Shown: positions 9,424 to 18,484, counted from the first letter of the stretch. The stretch is DNA of 64,000 bases from an uncultured Elusimicrobiaceae bacterium (GCA_964417965.1 CAYQJX010000007.1:12717-76716); one strand, 5' to 3'. The notes: generated by a model not told the origin, from the letters alone. A program made the numbers and translations.

Positions 9424-9430
9424 GTAGAAT
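9421..9430 (+). promoter_or_regulatory. extended -10-like box TTTGTAGAAT, 6 nt before ATG
   Basis: TAGAAT 9425-9430, then N6, then ATG 9437. Confidence 0.4.
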
Positions 9431-9436
9431 GTGCCC

Positions 9437-9571
9437 ATGGGCAGAAGCAGGCTTGACTGGTTCTATTACGCGGCGCCGCTGAGGTTCTCCCGGCCGGCGG
9501 CGCTGTATTCCTGCCTGCATATCGTGGCCAGGCTTAAGGCGCAGCTGGCGGGAACCCGGATATCTGCCTAA
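9437..9571 (+). CDS. candidate leaderless small ORF (44 aa), unknown function
   Basis: MGRSRLDWFYYAAPLRFSRPAALYSCLHIVARLKAQLAGTRISA. GC-rich third positions. Ends 18 nt before the DUF2339-like gene. Too short to appear in the ORF track. Confidence 0.3.
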   Translation: MGRSRLDWFYYAAPLRFSRPAALYSCLHIVARLKAQLAGTRISA

Positions 9572-9589
9572 AGTACGCTCGGAGGTAAA

Positions 9590-11260
9590 ATGGATTCTTC
9601 TGAACTTGAGAACAAATTAAGCGCCCTTGAGCAGCGGCTGGCCCGCGTGGAAGGGGCGCTGATGAAGGCCGCCCAGGCGCCGGCCGCGCCGCTGCCGCCG
9701 GCCGCCCCCGTGCCGGTGCCGCCGCCCCCGCCCAAGCTGCAGACGCTGATGCGGGCCCAGGCGCCGGCTCCCGCGCCGCGCGAGCGCTCCGGCAACTGGC
9801 TGGGCGTAGTGGCCGGCATCTGCTTCGTGTTCGCCGCCGCCTTCATAATAAAGCTTTCCATAGATTCCGGCTGGCTTACGCCCGAGCGCCAGATAGGGCT
9901 GGCGGTACTGCTGGGCTTCGGCCTGATAGCGGCCGGGTTTGCGCTGCTGGAGGCGGACCGGGAATATTCCAGCCTGCTTCCGGGGGCCGGCATCATAGTG
10001 CTCTACATCACCGTGTTCGCCGCCTACCGCCTGTACGCGCTCCTCACCTTCGAAAGCGCCATCTCGCTGGTCAGCCTGGTGTCCGTGGCCTGCGTCTGGC
10101 TGTACACGCGCATCAGGGAGGACTGGTACCCGGTCACGGCGGCGCTGGGCTCCTACTGCGCGCCGGTGCTGCTCTCGCTCGGCTCCGCTTCCACGTTCAG
10201 CGTTTATTATTTCCTGCTGTGTTCCACGGCGTTCGCCGTTATCTCCATCTGGGTGAAGTCCCGCACGCTCACGCTGGTCTCGGCGTACCTGGCCATCATG
10301 ATGACCGCGCTGACCGGCCTGGGCCTGCACCGGGACGTGCTGATAGCCGGCATGCTGGCCGTTAATTTCACGGTCTTCGCCCTGGGTAGCTACCTCTATA
10401 CCCGGCAGAACCAGAAGCCCCTCACCGAGACCGAGTCCACCAGTTTCCTGCCGCTGCTGCTGTTCTTCTACGCGATGGAATACTATTACATCGACCGCAT
10501 CCAGCCGGGCCTGGCCCCCTGGCTGTCGCTGGGCTTTGCCGGCCTGCTGCTGGGTCTGTACTTGTCGGCCCAAAAACTATTCCCCGAGGCGAAGCTGGGC
10601 AGCCGGTCCATGGTCTTCGCTTTCGTTTCGGTGGTGTGCTTCCATTCTTTCTACCTGGAGCTGCTGCCCGAGGGCGGCAGGCCCTGGCTGTTCGTGGCGA
10701 TAGCGCTGGCCGCCGCCTTCAGCCCGGTAAGGCTGGGCGACTCGCAGAAGGACGGCCCGCTGCGCATCCCGGCCCTGGCCGTGCTGGCGGTACTGCTGAT
10801 AGAGTACGTGGCCATGGTGTCGCACCTGCTGTCCGGGGGCGATACGGCCTGGCTGGCGGTTTCGCTGGCTTCGGTGGTCGGCCTGTGGGCGCTGATCTAC
10901 GCCCGGGGCGAGGAATTTGCGGGGAAGAACGGGCACGGCCCGCTGCTCGGGGCCGCGCATCTGCTGGCCGTGAGCGGCCTGTACCGCCTGACCACGGAGA
11001 CCGGCTCGCTGGCGGTTTCCGCGTCCTGGCTGGTCTACGCCGTGGGCGTGATAGCCCTGGCTTTCGAGCGCAAGGACGAGGTGATGGCCAAGTCCGCCAT
11101 GCTGGTGCTCGGCTTCGCCGCCGGCAAGGCCCTGCTCTACGACGCGGCCTCGGCCCCGACCACCGTGCGCATCCTGTGCCTGCTGCTGACCGGCGCCGCG
11201 CTTTACGGTTCCGGTTTCCTTATCCGCCGGATCTCCGGCTGGAAGAACGAAAAAGTTTAA
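9590..11260 (+). CDS. large polytopic membrane protein, DUF2339-like
   Basis: N-terminal coiled segment LENKLSALEQRLARVEGAL, a Pro/Ala linker, then more than 12 TM segments. SD GGAGG upstream. Confidence 0.55.
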   Translation: MDSSELENKLSALEQRLARVEGALMKAAQAPAAPLPPAAPVPVPPPPPKLQTLMRAQAPAPAPRERSGNWLGVVAGICFVFAAAFIIKLSIDSGWLTPERQIGLAVLLGFGLIAAGFALLEADREYSSLLPGAGIIVLYITVFAAYRLYALLTFESAISLVSLVSVACVWLYTRIREDWYPVTAALGSYCAPVLLSLGSASTFSVYYFLLCSTAFAVISIWVKSRTLTLVSAYLAIMMTALTGLGLHRDVLIAGMLAVNFTVFALGSYLYTRQNQKPLTETESTSFLPLLLFFYAMEYYYIDRIQPGLAPWLSLGFAGLLLGLYLSAQKLFPEAKLGSRSMVFAFVSVVCFHSFYLELLPEGGRPWLFVAIALAAAFSPVRLGDSQKDGPLRIPALAVLAVLLIEYVAMVSHLLSGGDTAWLAVSLASVVGLWALIYARGEEFAGKNGHGPLLGAAHLLAVSGLYRLTTETGSLAVSASWLVYAVGVIALAFERKDEVMAKSAMLVLGFAAGKALLYDAASAPTTVRILCLLLTGAALYGSGFLIRRISGWKNEKV

Positions 11261-11293
11261 ACCTGCCGCCTGAGCCCCCCTGGGGGGGGCAAT

Positions 11294-11327
11294 AAAAAAC
11301 CGCCGCTCTTTGCAGAGCGGCGGTTTA
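11294..11327. terminator. bidirectional intrinsic terminator
   Basis: AAACCGCCGCTCT-TTGC-AGAGCGGCGGTTT flanked by A and T runs between convergent genes. Confidence 0.85.
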
Positions 11328-11348
11328 AAACCGTTAAAGGATTTTAGA

Positions 11349-11684
11349 TTACCACTTGCCGCCGCCGTAGCCGCCGCGGCCACCGCGATCGCCACCGCCG
11401 CGACCACCGCGGTCGCCACCGCCGGAAGAGCGGGCTTCCATGGGGCGGGCTTCGTTAATGGTCAGCTTGCGGCCGCCGAAATCGGAGCCGTTCAGCTTTT
11501 CCATCGCGGTAACAGCTTCCGCGTCGTTAGCCATCTCGACGAAGCCGAAGCCGCGAGACTGACCGGAATCCCTATCGGTGATCAGCTTAGCGCTGGTAAC
11601 CTGGCCGTAGGTTGCGAAAAGGGTGTTCATTTCCTCTTCGGTGGTTTTGAAGGGCAGGCCGCCCACGTATATTCTTTTGCTCAT
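11349..11684 (-). CDS. RRM-type RNA-binding protein with RGG-rich tail
   Basis: RNP2 IYVGGL, RNP1 RGFGFVEM, and C-terminal GGGDRGGRGGGDRGGRGGYGGG. SD AAGGAG. Preceded by a low-GC upstream region of about 250 nt. Confidence 0.9.
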   Translation of the reverse strand: MSKRIYVGGLPFKTTEEEMNTLFATYGQVTSAKLITDRDSGQSRGFGFVEMANDAEAVTAMEKLNGSDFGGRKLTINEARPMEARSSGGGDRGGRGGGDRGGRGGYGGGKW

Positions 11685-11890
11685 TGTGTTATTCTCCTTG
11701 CAACTTTCATACCCGACTCAACTCTCTTTGCTCTATCTATCCTACAGTGTTGCTCGGAGGAATAGGCTTCAAAAACTTGAGTTCTGGTTTAACTACACAT
11801 ACAGTATGACATTATTTCAGCAAAAGGTATATAGGCATCATGGCCCAAATGTCGTAGGCCCTCCCTTTTGAGGTTTTTTGGGAGTTCTTT

Positions 11891-11900
11891 TTGGTATTAT
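11891..11900 (+). promoter_or_regulatory. extended -10 box TTGgTATTAT
   Basis: TGnTATTAT about 42 nt upstream of the ATG at 11943. Confidence 0.4.
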
Positions 11901-11942
11901 TAGCTTTGAGCGGCGCGGCAAGGCAAGCATTGGGAGAGCTTT

Positions 11943-12530
11943 ATGAGATACTGGGCGTATATAAATAATCAGGTCTGCGGTCCCGTAGAAAAGGAAAAAC
12001 TGCCCGAACTCGCCACCTTTACTCTCGCCACGCTGGTCTGCCCCGAAGCGCCGGCCGGAGGGGAGGCCGTGGCCTGGAAAGCGGCTTCCGCCTACCCGGA
12101 AGTGCTGGCCGCCTTAACCCCGGCGCCGTCTCCGGCGCCCGCCCCGGCCCCCGCGCCGCAGCGGGCTCCCGCCGCCGAATCCCCGCTGATGATGACGATG
12201 CGGGGGACCATTATAGATATGCCTGTCGTCCAGCCTGCGGCGGCGCCGCAGCCGGCCCCCGCGCCCGCCCCGGCCGCCGAGTCGCCCCTGATGATGACCA
12301 TGCGGGGAACGCTGATCGAAGCCCCGGCCATAAAAGAGCCGGCCTTGGCCGCTCCGGCCCCCGCGGCGCAGCAAACGGCTCCCCAGCCGGAACCGGCGGC
12401 CCAAAAACTGGAACAGATCAGCGCCATGCTGGCTTCTATAGCCAACGGCCAGTCGCAGCTGCTCGAAAGGCTGGGCCGCGTGGAAAGCTCCGTGGCGGAG
12501 ATGAAGGCGCTGCTGTTCCCTGGTAAATAG
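11943..12530 (+). CDS. GYF_2 (DUF4339)-like N-terminal domain protein with Pro/Ala-rich repeats
   Basis: The N-terminus MRYWAYINNQVCGPVEKEKL resembles the GYF_2 domain. The motif AAESPLMMTMRGT occurs twice. Confidence 0.5.
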   Translation: MRYWAYINNQVCGPVEKEKLPELATFTLATLVCPEAPAGGEAVAWKAASAYPEVLAALTPAPSPAPAPAPAPQRAPAAESPLMMTMRGTIIDMPVVQPAAAPQPAPAPAPAAESPLMMTMRGTLIEAPAIKEPALAAPAPAAQQTAPQPEPAAQKLEQISAMLASIANGQSQLLERLGRVESSVAEMKALLFPGK

Positions 12531-12538
12531 ACCGGTTT

Positions 12539-13750
12539 ATGAGAAAAGGCCTTAATCTGTCCCTGCTGGCTTTCGCGGCCGTCCTGGCCTGCGCGGGGTA
12601 CGCGCAGGCCCTGGTAGTCACCGGCCTGGACGCGGCGGAGGAGACGGATTTCGCGCAGTTCGCCGGCAAGCGCGTCGGCCTCATCACCAACCAGACCGGC
12701 GTGGACGCCGCGGGCCGCAGCGCGGTGGACGCGCTGTTCGCCTCGCGCAACGCCAGGCTGGTGGCCATCTTCAGCCCGGAGCACGGCTTCCGCGGCAACG
12801 CCGCCGACGGCGAAATTATCTCCAACTCCACCGACCCGGTGACCGGCCTGCCCATCTACAGCCTTTACGGCAAGACCCGCCGGCCCACCTCCGCCATGCT
12901 GGCCGGCATAGACGTGCTGGTGTTCGACATCCAGGACATCGGCGCGCGGTTCTACACCTACCTCACCACCATGGCCCTCTGCATGGAGGAGGCCGCCAAG
13001 CGCAATATCCCTTTTGTGGTGCTGGACCGGCCCAACCCGATAAGCGGGAGCGTGCTGGAGGGGCCGGTGCTCTCGAAGAACATACAGGATTTCACCGGTT
13101 ATTTCCCGGTGCCGGTGCGTCACGCCATGACGGCCGGAGAGGTGGCGCTGCTGCATAAAGATATCCGCGGCCTGGCCCTGGACCTCAGTGTAGTTAAACT
13201 GCGGGGCTGGGACAGGGCCTCTTTTCACGGCGACACCGGGCTGGCCTGGGTGAACCCTTCTCCCAACATCCGCGGGGTGGACGCCGCGATAATGTATCCC
13301 GGCATCGGCGGTTTCGAGTCCACCAACATGGCCGTGGGCCGCGGCACCGACGCGCCGTTCCTGTGGTTCGGCGCCCCCTGGCTGGACGCGGAGCGCCTGG
13401 TGGCCACGCTTAACGCCGCGGGGCTGCCGGGCGTGCGTTTCCGCGCCGAGAGCAAGACCCCCGAGAAGGACATTTACGCCGGCAAGCTCTGCCACGGCGT
13501 GCGGATGGAGATAACGGACCGGGCCGGAGTGCGGCCGATGGACATTTTCGTGCTAGCCGTATGCGCCCTGCGGGAGAAGCAGTATTACCGGGAGTTCAGG
13601 TTCGACGAGGCCGCGCTGCGGCTGACGGCCGGCAACAACGTTTACAAAGCCATCTTCGAGTCCAAGGACTCCCCGGAAAAGGTCATGGCGTCCTTCCGGG
13701 AGCAGTGCCTGGAGTTCGATAAACTGAGGAGCCGCTACCTGCTGTACTGA
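12539..13750 (+). CDS. DUF1343 family exo-beta-N-acetylmuramidase (NamZ-like)
   Basis: VGLITNQTGVD, IFSPEHGFRG, VLVFDIQDIGARFYTY and VVLDRPNP motifs. Signal peptide. Confidence 0.85.
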   Translation: MRKGLNLSLLAFAAVLACAGYAQALVVTGLDAAEETDFAQFAGKRVGLITNQTGVDAAGRSAVDALFASRNARLVAIFSPEHGFRGNAADGEIISNSTDPVTGLPIYSLYGKTRRPTSAMLAGIDVLVFDIQDIGARFYTYLTTMALCMEEAAKRNIPFVVLDRPNPISGSVLEGPVLSKNIQDFTGYFPVPVRHAMTAGEVALLHKDIRGLALDLSVVKLRGWDRASFHGDTGLAWVNPSPNIRGVDAAIMYPGIGGFESTNMAVGRGTDAPFLWFGAPWLDAERLVATLNAAGLPGVRFRAESKTPEKDIYAGKLCHGVRMEITDRAGVRPMDIFVLAVCALREKQYYREFRFDEAALRLTAGNNVYKAIFESKDSPEKVMASFREQCLEFDKLRSRYLLY

Positions 13751-13768
13751 ATATTTTTTTGACTGGCG

Positions 13769-13797
13769 CCGCCGGGAAGACCCGGCGGTTTTTTTTA
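13769..13797. terminator. intrinsic terminator (serves convergent genes)
   Basis: CCGCCGGG-AAGA-CCCGGCGG followed by T9. Confidence 0.8.
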
Positions 13798-13798
13798 T

Positions 13799-14629
13799 TT
13801 AGAGGCCTTCGGGGACGGGGACGCCGCGGGCGGCGCAGAAGGCGCGCATGTCGGGCGGCAGCGGGGCGGTGAAGATACGGTCCAGGCCGGCCGGCCTGAA
13901 GTCTATCTCCAGGCAATGCAGGGCCTGGCGGGGCAGCAGCAGCCGCTTTTCCAGCGCCGGGGTCCAGCCTGTGTCTATGAATTCAAGGAAGAGGCGCGCG
14001 TCGGGGCCGTAGATCTTGTCGCCGGCCAGGCTGTACCCCAGCCACTGGGCGTGGGCCCTGATCTGGTGCTTGCGGCCGGTCTCCGTGACCACGCGCGCCA
14101 GCGTGAAGCCGCCGCCGCGGGTGAGCGGGATGAATCGGGTGACCGCGGCCTGGCCGTCCGGGCGCACGGCGGATTTGGCCAGCACCGGGCTGCTCTCGTC
14201 GGGCCCGAGGGGCTGGTCCACCGTGACCTCCTCCTTAAGCTCGCCGGTCAGCACGGCCAGGTAGGCTTTGCCGGCCTGGCGCAGCCGCAGCGCCCTCTGC
14301 AGGCAATTGGCCGTCACCGGGTCCTTGGCGAACACCATCGCGCCGCTGGTCTCGCGGTCCAGGCGGAAGACCAGGTGCGCCGCGGCCAGGCCCAGGAATT
14401 CGCGCACGGCGCCGGCCAGGCTGGAGGCGGGGCCGGCCTTGGACGGGTGGCAGACCACGTCGCCGGGCTTATCTATGACGACCACCCGCTCGTCTTCGAA
14501 CAGGATCCAGCTTTTGAGTTCCTCCGGGGTGATCAGGCGCACGCGCACCTGCCGGGGCCGGCGGGGCCAGGCGCTGGCCAGCCGCGGGTTGAGCGAGGCT
14601 GAGGCGGGGGGCGTGTCTGCTGTGGGCAT
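13799..14629 (-). CDS. RluA-family pseudouridine synthase
   Basis: HRLDRETSGAMVFAK (catalytic Asp) and GRKHQIRAHAQWLG. Confidence 0.85.
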   Translation of the reverse strand: MPTADTPPASASLNPRLASAWPRRPRQVRVRLITPEELKSWILFEDERVVVIDKPGDVVCHPSKAGPASSLAGAVREFLGLAAAHLVFRLDRETSGAMVFAKDPVTANCLQRALRLRQAGKAYLAVLTGELKEEVTVDQPLGPDESSPVLAKSAVRPDGQAAVTRFIPLTRGGGFTLARVVTETGRKHQIRAHAQWLGYSLAGDKIYGPDARLFLEFIDTGWTPALEKRLLLPRQALHCLEIDFRPAGLDRIFTAPLPPDMRAFCAARGVPVPEGL

Positions 14630-14636
14630 AGATCCA

Positions 14637-14642
14637 ATTATA
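14637..14642 (-). promoter_or_regulatory. -10 box TATAAT, 7 nt before ATG (leaderless candidate)
   Basis: On the minus strand, TATAAT-N7-ATG(14629). Confidence 0.4.
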
Positions 14643-14666
14643 GGAAATCGGGGAGGCGGTTCTGTT

Positions 14667-14676
14667 TTGATAGAAT
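14667..14676 (+). promoter_or_regulatory. extended -10 box TTGaTAGAAT
   Basis: Diverges from the RluA promoter. The ATG at 14677 abuts the box, so the ATG at 14704 is the more likely start. Confidence 0.4.
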
Positions 14677-14703
14677 ATGCTGGTCAGGGGCGGACATGAG
14701 ATC

Positions 14704-15552
14704 ATGGAAAATTTCTACAGGCTGGAACTAAAAGGGGACTGCGCGCCGCCGGCGGGACCCGGCGAATTCGTGATGGTCCCGTACTCGCGGGAGCTGCACC
14801 ACGGCGAGATCCCGCTTATCTACGCCGAAGCCTTCAATGGGAAACCCTGGGGGCAGGACTGGGAACAATTCGAGGGCTTCGATCCGCGCGGCGTTTTTCT
14901 GGCCGCGGGCGGCGACGGCGAACTGGCCGGCTATGTTATAAGTTTTAAAAGACGGGACCACGGCTACATCAGCGTGGTGGCCGTAAGGCCGCGCTGGCAA
15001 AAACGCGGCGCCGCCGCGGCGCTGGTGCGGGAGGCCGTGAACTACCTGCGGTCGCTGGGCCTTAAGACCGTCAGGATAGACGTGGACGAGCACAGGACCG
15101 CGGCGCTGCGGCTGTACGCGAAGCTGGGGTTCACTGTGGCAAAGGACCTTCCGGAACCCGTCCCGCCGGGGCCGGCCGCGGCCAAGCGCCCCGAGGCCGG
15201 GACCAGCGGCCTGGGGGAAAAACTCGTCGGCGTGGCGCTGGCTTTAGCGGCCGCTTGGCTGGCCTTCAGGCTGCTGGTCGGCGGCATCTTCTCCTTCATA
15301 CTGGGCCGGAACCCGGACAACGCCGTTTACCTGCTGTTCTACGGCGGGGGCATAGCCCTGCTGGCGCTGCTGCTGATCGGGGCCGCATCCGGAACCCTGC
15401 TCTGGCGGCGGACCCGGGCCAGGGCGGACGGCACGCCGGCCGCTGAGTCCCAGTCCTACCTGGGGCGTGGGCTGACGCTGGGGCTGATGGTGGTGGCAGG
15501 GGCGGTGCTGCTGCTGGCCGGGCTTTGCGCCTGGATACTCCGGGCCGTGTGA
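14704..15552 (+). CDS. GNAT acetyltransferase fused to a C-terminal multi-TM domain
   Basis: VAVRPRWQKRGAAAALV acetyl-CoA motif. The C-terminal 120 aa or so contain about 4 hydrophobic helices. Confidence 0.65.
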   Translation: MENFYRLELKGDCAPPAGPGEFVMVPYSRELHHGEIPLIYAEAFNGKPWGQDWEQFEGFDPRGVFLAAGGDGELAGYVISFKRRDHGYISVVAVRPRWQKRGAAAALVREAVNYLRSLGLKTVRIDVDEHRTAALRLYAKLGFTVAKDLPEPVPPGPAAAKRPEAGTSGLGEKLVGVALALAAAWLAFRLLVGGIFSFILGRNPDNAVYLLFYGGGIALLALLLIGAASGTLLWRRTRARADGTPAAESQSYLGRGLTLGLMVVAGAVLLLAGLCAWILRAV

Positions 15553-15571
15553 AAGCCGGGGGGACTTTACG

Positions 15572-16024
15572 ATGAAAGACTACGCGGACCCGGGCATGCA
15601 CACTGCGGAACACCTGCTCAACCAGAGCATGGTGCGCTTGTTCGGCTGCGGCCGGGCTTTCAGTTCCCACATAGAGAAGAAGAAATCCAAATGCGACTAC
15701 AGGTTCGCCAGGGACCTGACCGCCGAAGAGCGGGCCGCGCTGGAGGAGTTGGTGAACGAGGCGATACAGGCCGACCTGCCGGTGAGCGAGGCTTTTGTGC
15801 CGCTGGCCGAGGCCAGGGAGAAGTTCGACCTGGCCCGCCTGCCGGCCGAGGCTGCCGGAGCCAGCCTGCGCGTTATCAGGGTGGGGGAGTTCGACGCCTG
15901 CCCCTGCATAGGCCTGCATGTGGCCAGAACCGGCGAGATAGGCGTTTTCAGGATCATTTCCACAGGTTTCGCCGAAGGCGTGCTGCGGATAAGGTTCAGG
16001 CTGGGAGGGAAAGCCCCGGCCTGA
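15572..16024 (+). CDS. AlaX-S-like Ala-tRNA editing domain protein (tRNA_SAD)
   Basis: HTAEHLL and CPCIGLHV (HxxxH / CxxxH zinc motifs). Confidence 0.7.
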   Translation: MKDYADPGMHTAEHLLNQSMVRLFGCGRAFSSHIEKKKSKCDYRFARDLTAEERAALEELVNEAIQADLPVSEAFVPLAEAREKFDLARLPAEAAGASLRVIRVGEFDACPCIGLHVARTGEIGVFRIISTGFAEGVLRIRFRLGGKAPA

Positions 16025-16138
16025 CCTATGGCCGCGGCGCCGCTTTTTTCCGGAAAAAAACGGCAAAAAGCCTTCAGTAAAAGGTAAGATATCACTAATA
16101 GCAGCCATAAGACGCGAACCAGGGCTACAGGAGAAGAA

Positions 16139-17653
16139 GTGACCGAGACCAAGTCACCGTATAACAACACCGATCCTTCCGTCATTTCCGGCGGCATGGG
16201 CGTGCGCATTTCCTGGTGGGTGATGTCGCGCATCGTTTCCATGATGGGCGGGCTGGGCGTGGTGTCCGGCACCGGCCTGGAGATCATCTACCCGCGCCTG
16301 CTGCAGGACGGCGACCCCGGCGGCCACGTGCGCCGCGCTTTTACCGAGCTGGTGCGCCGCCAGCCGGCCCTCTCGGGCCCGGTCTGGGAAATTTTCAATA
16401 AATACTATATCGAAGGCGGCCGGGCTCCCGGCACGCCCTACAAGCATGTGCCGCCCTGCCGCCTGACGCGCATAGAGAATTTCAAGCCCGGCCCCGATTC
16501 CTTCTGGGAGCTGCCCCGGGAGATGCAGGTGCTGGTGCTGGCGGCCAATTTCTCCGAGGTCTGGCTGGCCACCGAGGGGCACGACAAGCCGGTGGGCATA
16601 AATTTCCTGCGCAAGGTGGAGCGGCCCCTGCCCTGGGCGCTTTACGGCGCCATGCTGGCCGGCGCGGCCTATGTGCTGGTGGGGGCGGGCAGCCCGGACG
16701 AACTGCCCTCGATGATAGAAAAACTTTCCAGGCATGAGCCCGCGGAGATGTCGCTCAAGGTCTACGGCGAGCGCTCGGATTCCGGCGCCTACTACGCCAC
16801 GGTGCGGCCGGCCGAGATAAAGGCGGGCGGCGAGAACCTGCCGGTGCCTAAATTCCTGGCTATCGTTTCCTCCTACGGCCTGGCTAAAGAGCTGGCCTCC
16901 AATCCCGTCACCAAGCCCTACGGTTTCGTGGTGGAAGGGTCTGACGCCGGCGGGCACAACGCGCCGCCCGCGAAGATGCGCTTTGACGCGGCCGGCCGGC
17001 CCCTGTACATATATACCGCCGAGGACCGGGCCGACATAGCCGCCATAGCCGGCCTGGGCCTGCCTTTCTGGCTGGCCGGCGGCTGCGGCCATCGCGGCGG
17101 AGTGGCCGCCGCCCAGGCTAAGGGCGCCGCGGGCATACAGTTCGGCACGCTGGCCGCGCTTTCAGGCCAGTCGGGCATGACCCCGGAGCTGCGTTCGAAG
17201 GTCCTCAAGCTGCTCGCCGCGGGAGAGCTTAAGGTTTCCAACTCCATCGTATCGCCCACAGGGTTCCCCTTTAAGGTGGCCAGTGTGCCGGGTACAATTT
17301 CCGAAGAGGCCGTCTTTAACGCCAGGCCGCGCCGCTGCGACATAGGCCTGCTGCAGGTCAATTATTTAACTCCCGGGGGGGAGCTGGGCTACCGCTGCCC
17401 CGCCGAGCCGGTGGATGTTTTTGTGGCCAAGGGCGGCCGGGCCAAGAACGCCGAGGGGCGCGGCTGCCTGTGCAACGCCCTGCTGGCCGCTACCGGTTTT
17501 CCCCAGGTCTGCGCGGGCGGCTACGTGGAGCCGCCCATAGTAACGCTGGGCGACGACCTGGATTCGGCCAGGGAACTGCTGGCGCAGCTGCCCGAGGGGC
17601 AGGAAGCCTATACCATAGGCAAGGCGCTGGGCTACCTGCGGTCCAAGGCTTAA
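16139..17653 (+). CDS. nitronate monooxygenase / FabK-like FMN oxidoreductase family protein
   Basis: GGMGV and VVEGSDAGGHN motifs. GTG start preceded by AGGAGAAG. Confidence 0.6.
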   Translation: MTETKSPYNNTDPSVISGGMGVRISWWVMSRIVSMMGGLGVVSGTGLEIIYPRLLQDGDPGGHVRRAFTELVRRQPALSGPVWEIFNKYYIEGGRAPGTPYKHVPPCRLTRIENFKPGPDSFWELPREMQVLVLAANFSEVWLATEGHDKPVGINFLRKVERPLPWALYGAMLAGAAYVLVGAGSPDELPSMIEKLSRHEPAEMSLKVYGERSDSGAYYATVRPAEIKAGGENLPVPKFLAIVSSYGLAKELASNPVTKPYGFVVEGSDAGGHNAPPAKMRFDAAGRPLYIYTAEDRADIAAIAGLGLPFWLAGGCGHRGGVAAAQAKGAAGIQFGTLAALSGQSGMTPELRSKVLKLLAAGELKVSNSIVSPTGFPFKVASVPGTISEEAVFNARPRRCDIGLLQVNYLTPGGELGYRCPAEPVDVFVAKGGRAKNAEGRGCLCNALLAATGFPQVCAGGYVEPPIVTLGDDLDSARELLAQLPEGQEAYTIGKALGYLRSKA

Positions 17654-17672
17654 TTCATTCCAGAGCAGACAG

Positions 17673-17705
17673 AACCGCCGGGGCAGCCCGGCGGTTTTAT
17701 TTTTT
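17673..17705. terminator. intrinsic terminator
   Basis: AACCGCCGGG-GCAG-CCCGGCGGTT followed by a T-run. Overlaps the 3' end of the convergent gene. Confidence 0.75.
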
Positions 17706-18416
17706 GGGGGAGGAGGGCTTGCGGCGCGGGGGTTTGACTTCCCAGCTCCTGGCGCGCCCGGAGTCCAGGTGGACGAAGGCCGCGGCGGGGTAGTAGCCTA
17801 CGCCGCCCGCGTTCAGTTTCCCCGCGAACGCCGCCACTTCCGCCGGCGTCCGGCCGGGGACCCTGATGTCGGCGGCCCAGCCCAGCATGTGCAGGCTCCA
17901 GCGCGCGGCGCCGGGCAGGGTTTTGTTGTACCTGGGGGTGCGGTAGCCGCTCAGTACGGTCAGATATTTCGCGCCGGCCCCGTCCTCTACGGCGTCCAGG
18001 AGCTCCAGCAGTTTCACCGACATCTCGGTCTCTTTGCCCGTGCGGCTGCAGCGGAGCAGGCGGTTCAGCTTTGCTATGCCGGCCTGCGCGTAGGCGCCGT
18101 CCCCGCCGCGGTAGACGGCGGTCACCCGCTCGCCGCTGGCCGGGCGGTACAGCGAAAGGGAACCGTTCCCGCCCAGGTTGACCGGCGCCGGCGGGTGCGC
18201 CTTGGCCCCGCGCACGAAGATATAGGTCTCCGGGTCGCCTTCCTCCAGCTCCACCACGTCGGCCTCGCTCACCTCCGGCGGTTCGGGCGCGGTGTCGAGC
18301 AGGGCTGGCAGGCTGCTGAGGAACTCGTCGGCCGTCAGCTCTTTGCCCTGACCGGCGCGCGCGGGGAGCGCCGCCAGGGGCAGCAGGAGCAGTGTCAGGA
18401 GAGCCGGGCGCAGCAT
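17697..18416 (-). CDS. DUF882 / peptidase M15A (YcbK/MepK-like) cell-wall peptidase
   Basis: SGYRTPRYN, SLHMLGWAADIRVPG and VGYYPAAAFVHLDSG. Signal peptide. Confidence 0.8.
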   Translation of the reverse strand: MLRPALLTLLLLPLAALPARAGQGKELTADEFLSSLPALLDTAPEPPEVSEADVVELEEGDPETYIFVRGAKAHPPAPVNLGGNGSLSLYRPASGERVTAVYRGGDGAYAQAGIAKLNRLLRCSRTGKETEMSVKLLELLDAVEDGAGAKYLTVLSGYRTPRYNKTLPGAARWSLHMLGWAADIRVPGRTPAEVAAFAGKLNAGGVGYYPAAAFVHLDSGRARSWEVKPPRRKPSSPKK

Positions 18417-18423
18417 GGGGAAT

Positions 18424-18433
18424 ATTCTATCAA
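18424..18433 (-). promoter_or_regulatory. extended -10 box TTGaTAGAAT, 7 nt before ATG (leaderless candidate)
   Basis: On the minus strand, TAGAAT-N7-ATG(18416). Confidence 0.45.
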
Positions 18434-18467
18434 AGTCGCGGGAGCGGAGCGCTGCGCGGCGGGGGTT

Positions 18468-18477
18468 TTGCTAGAAT
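18468..18477 (+). promoter_or_regulatory. extended -10 box TTGcTAGAAT, 7 nt before ATG (leaderless candidate)
   Basis: TAGAAT-N7-ATG(18485). Confidence 0.45.
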
Positions 18478-18484
18478 ATCCCAC

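Noticed and set aside
11685-11890. Low-GC upstream region of the RRM protein gene, considered as a possible cold-shock-type structured 5' UTR.
   Set aside because: I found only short, weak pairings (ACTCAA/TTGAGT and CTCCC/GGGAG) and could not place a convincing promoter. The evidence is insufficient to call a regulatory element.
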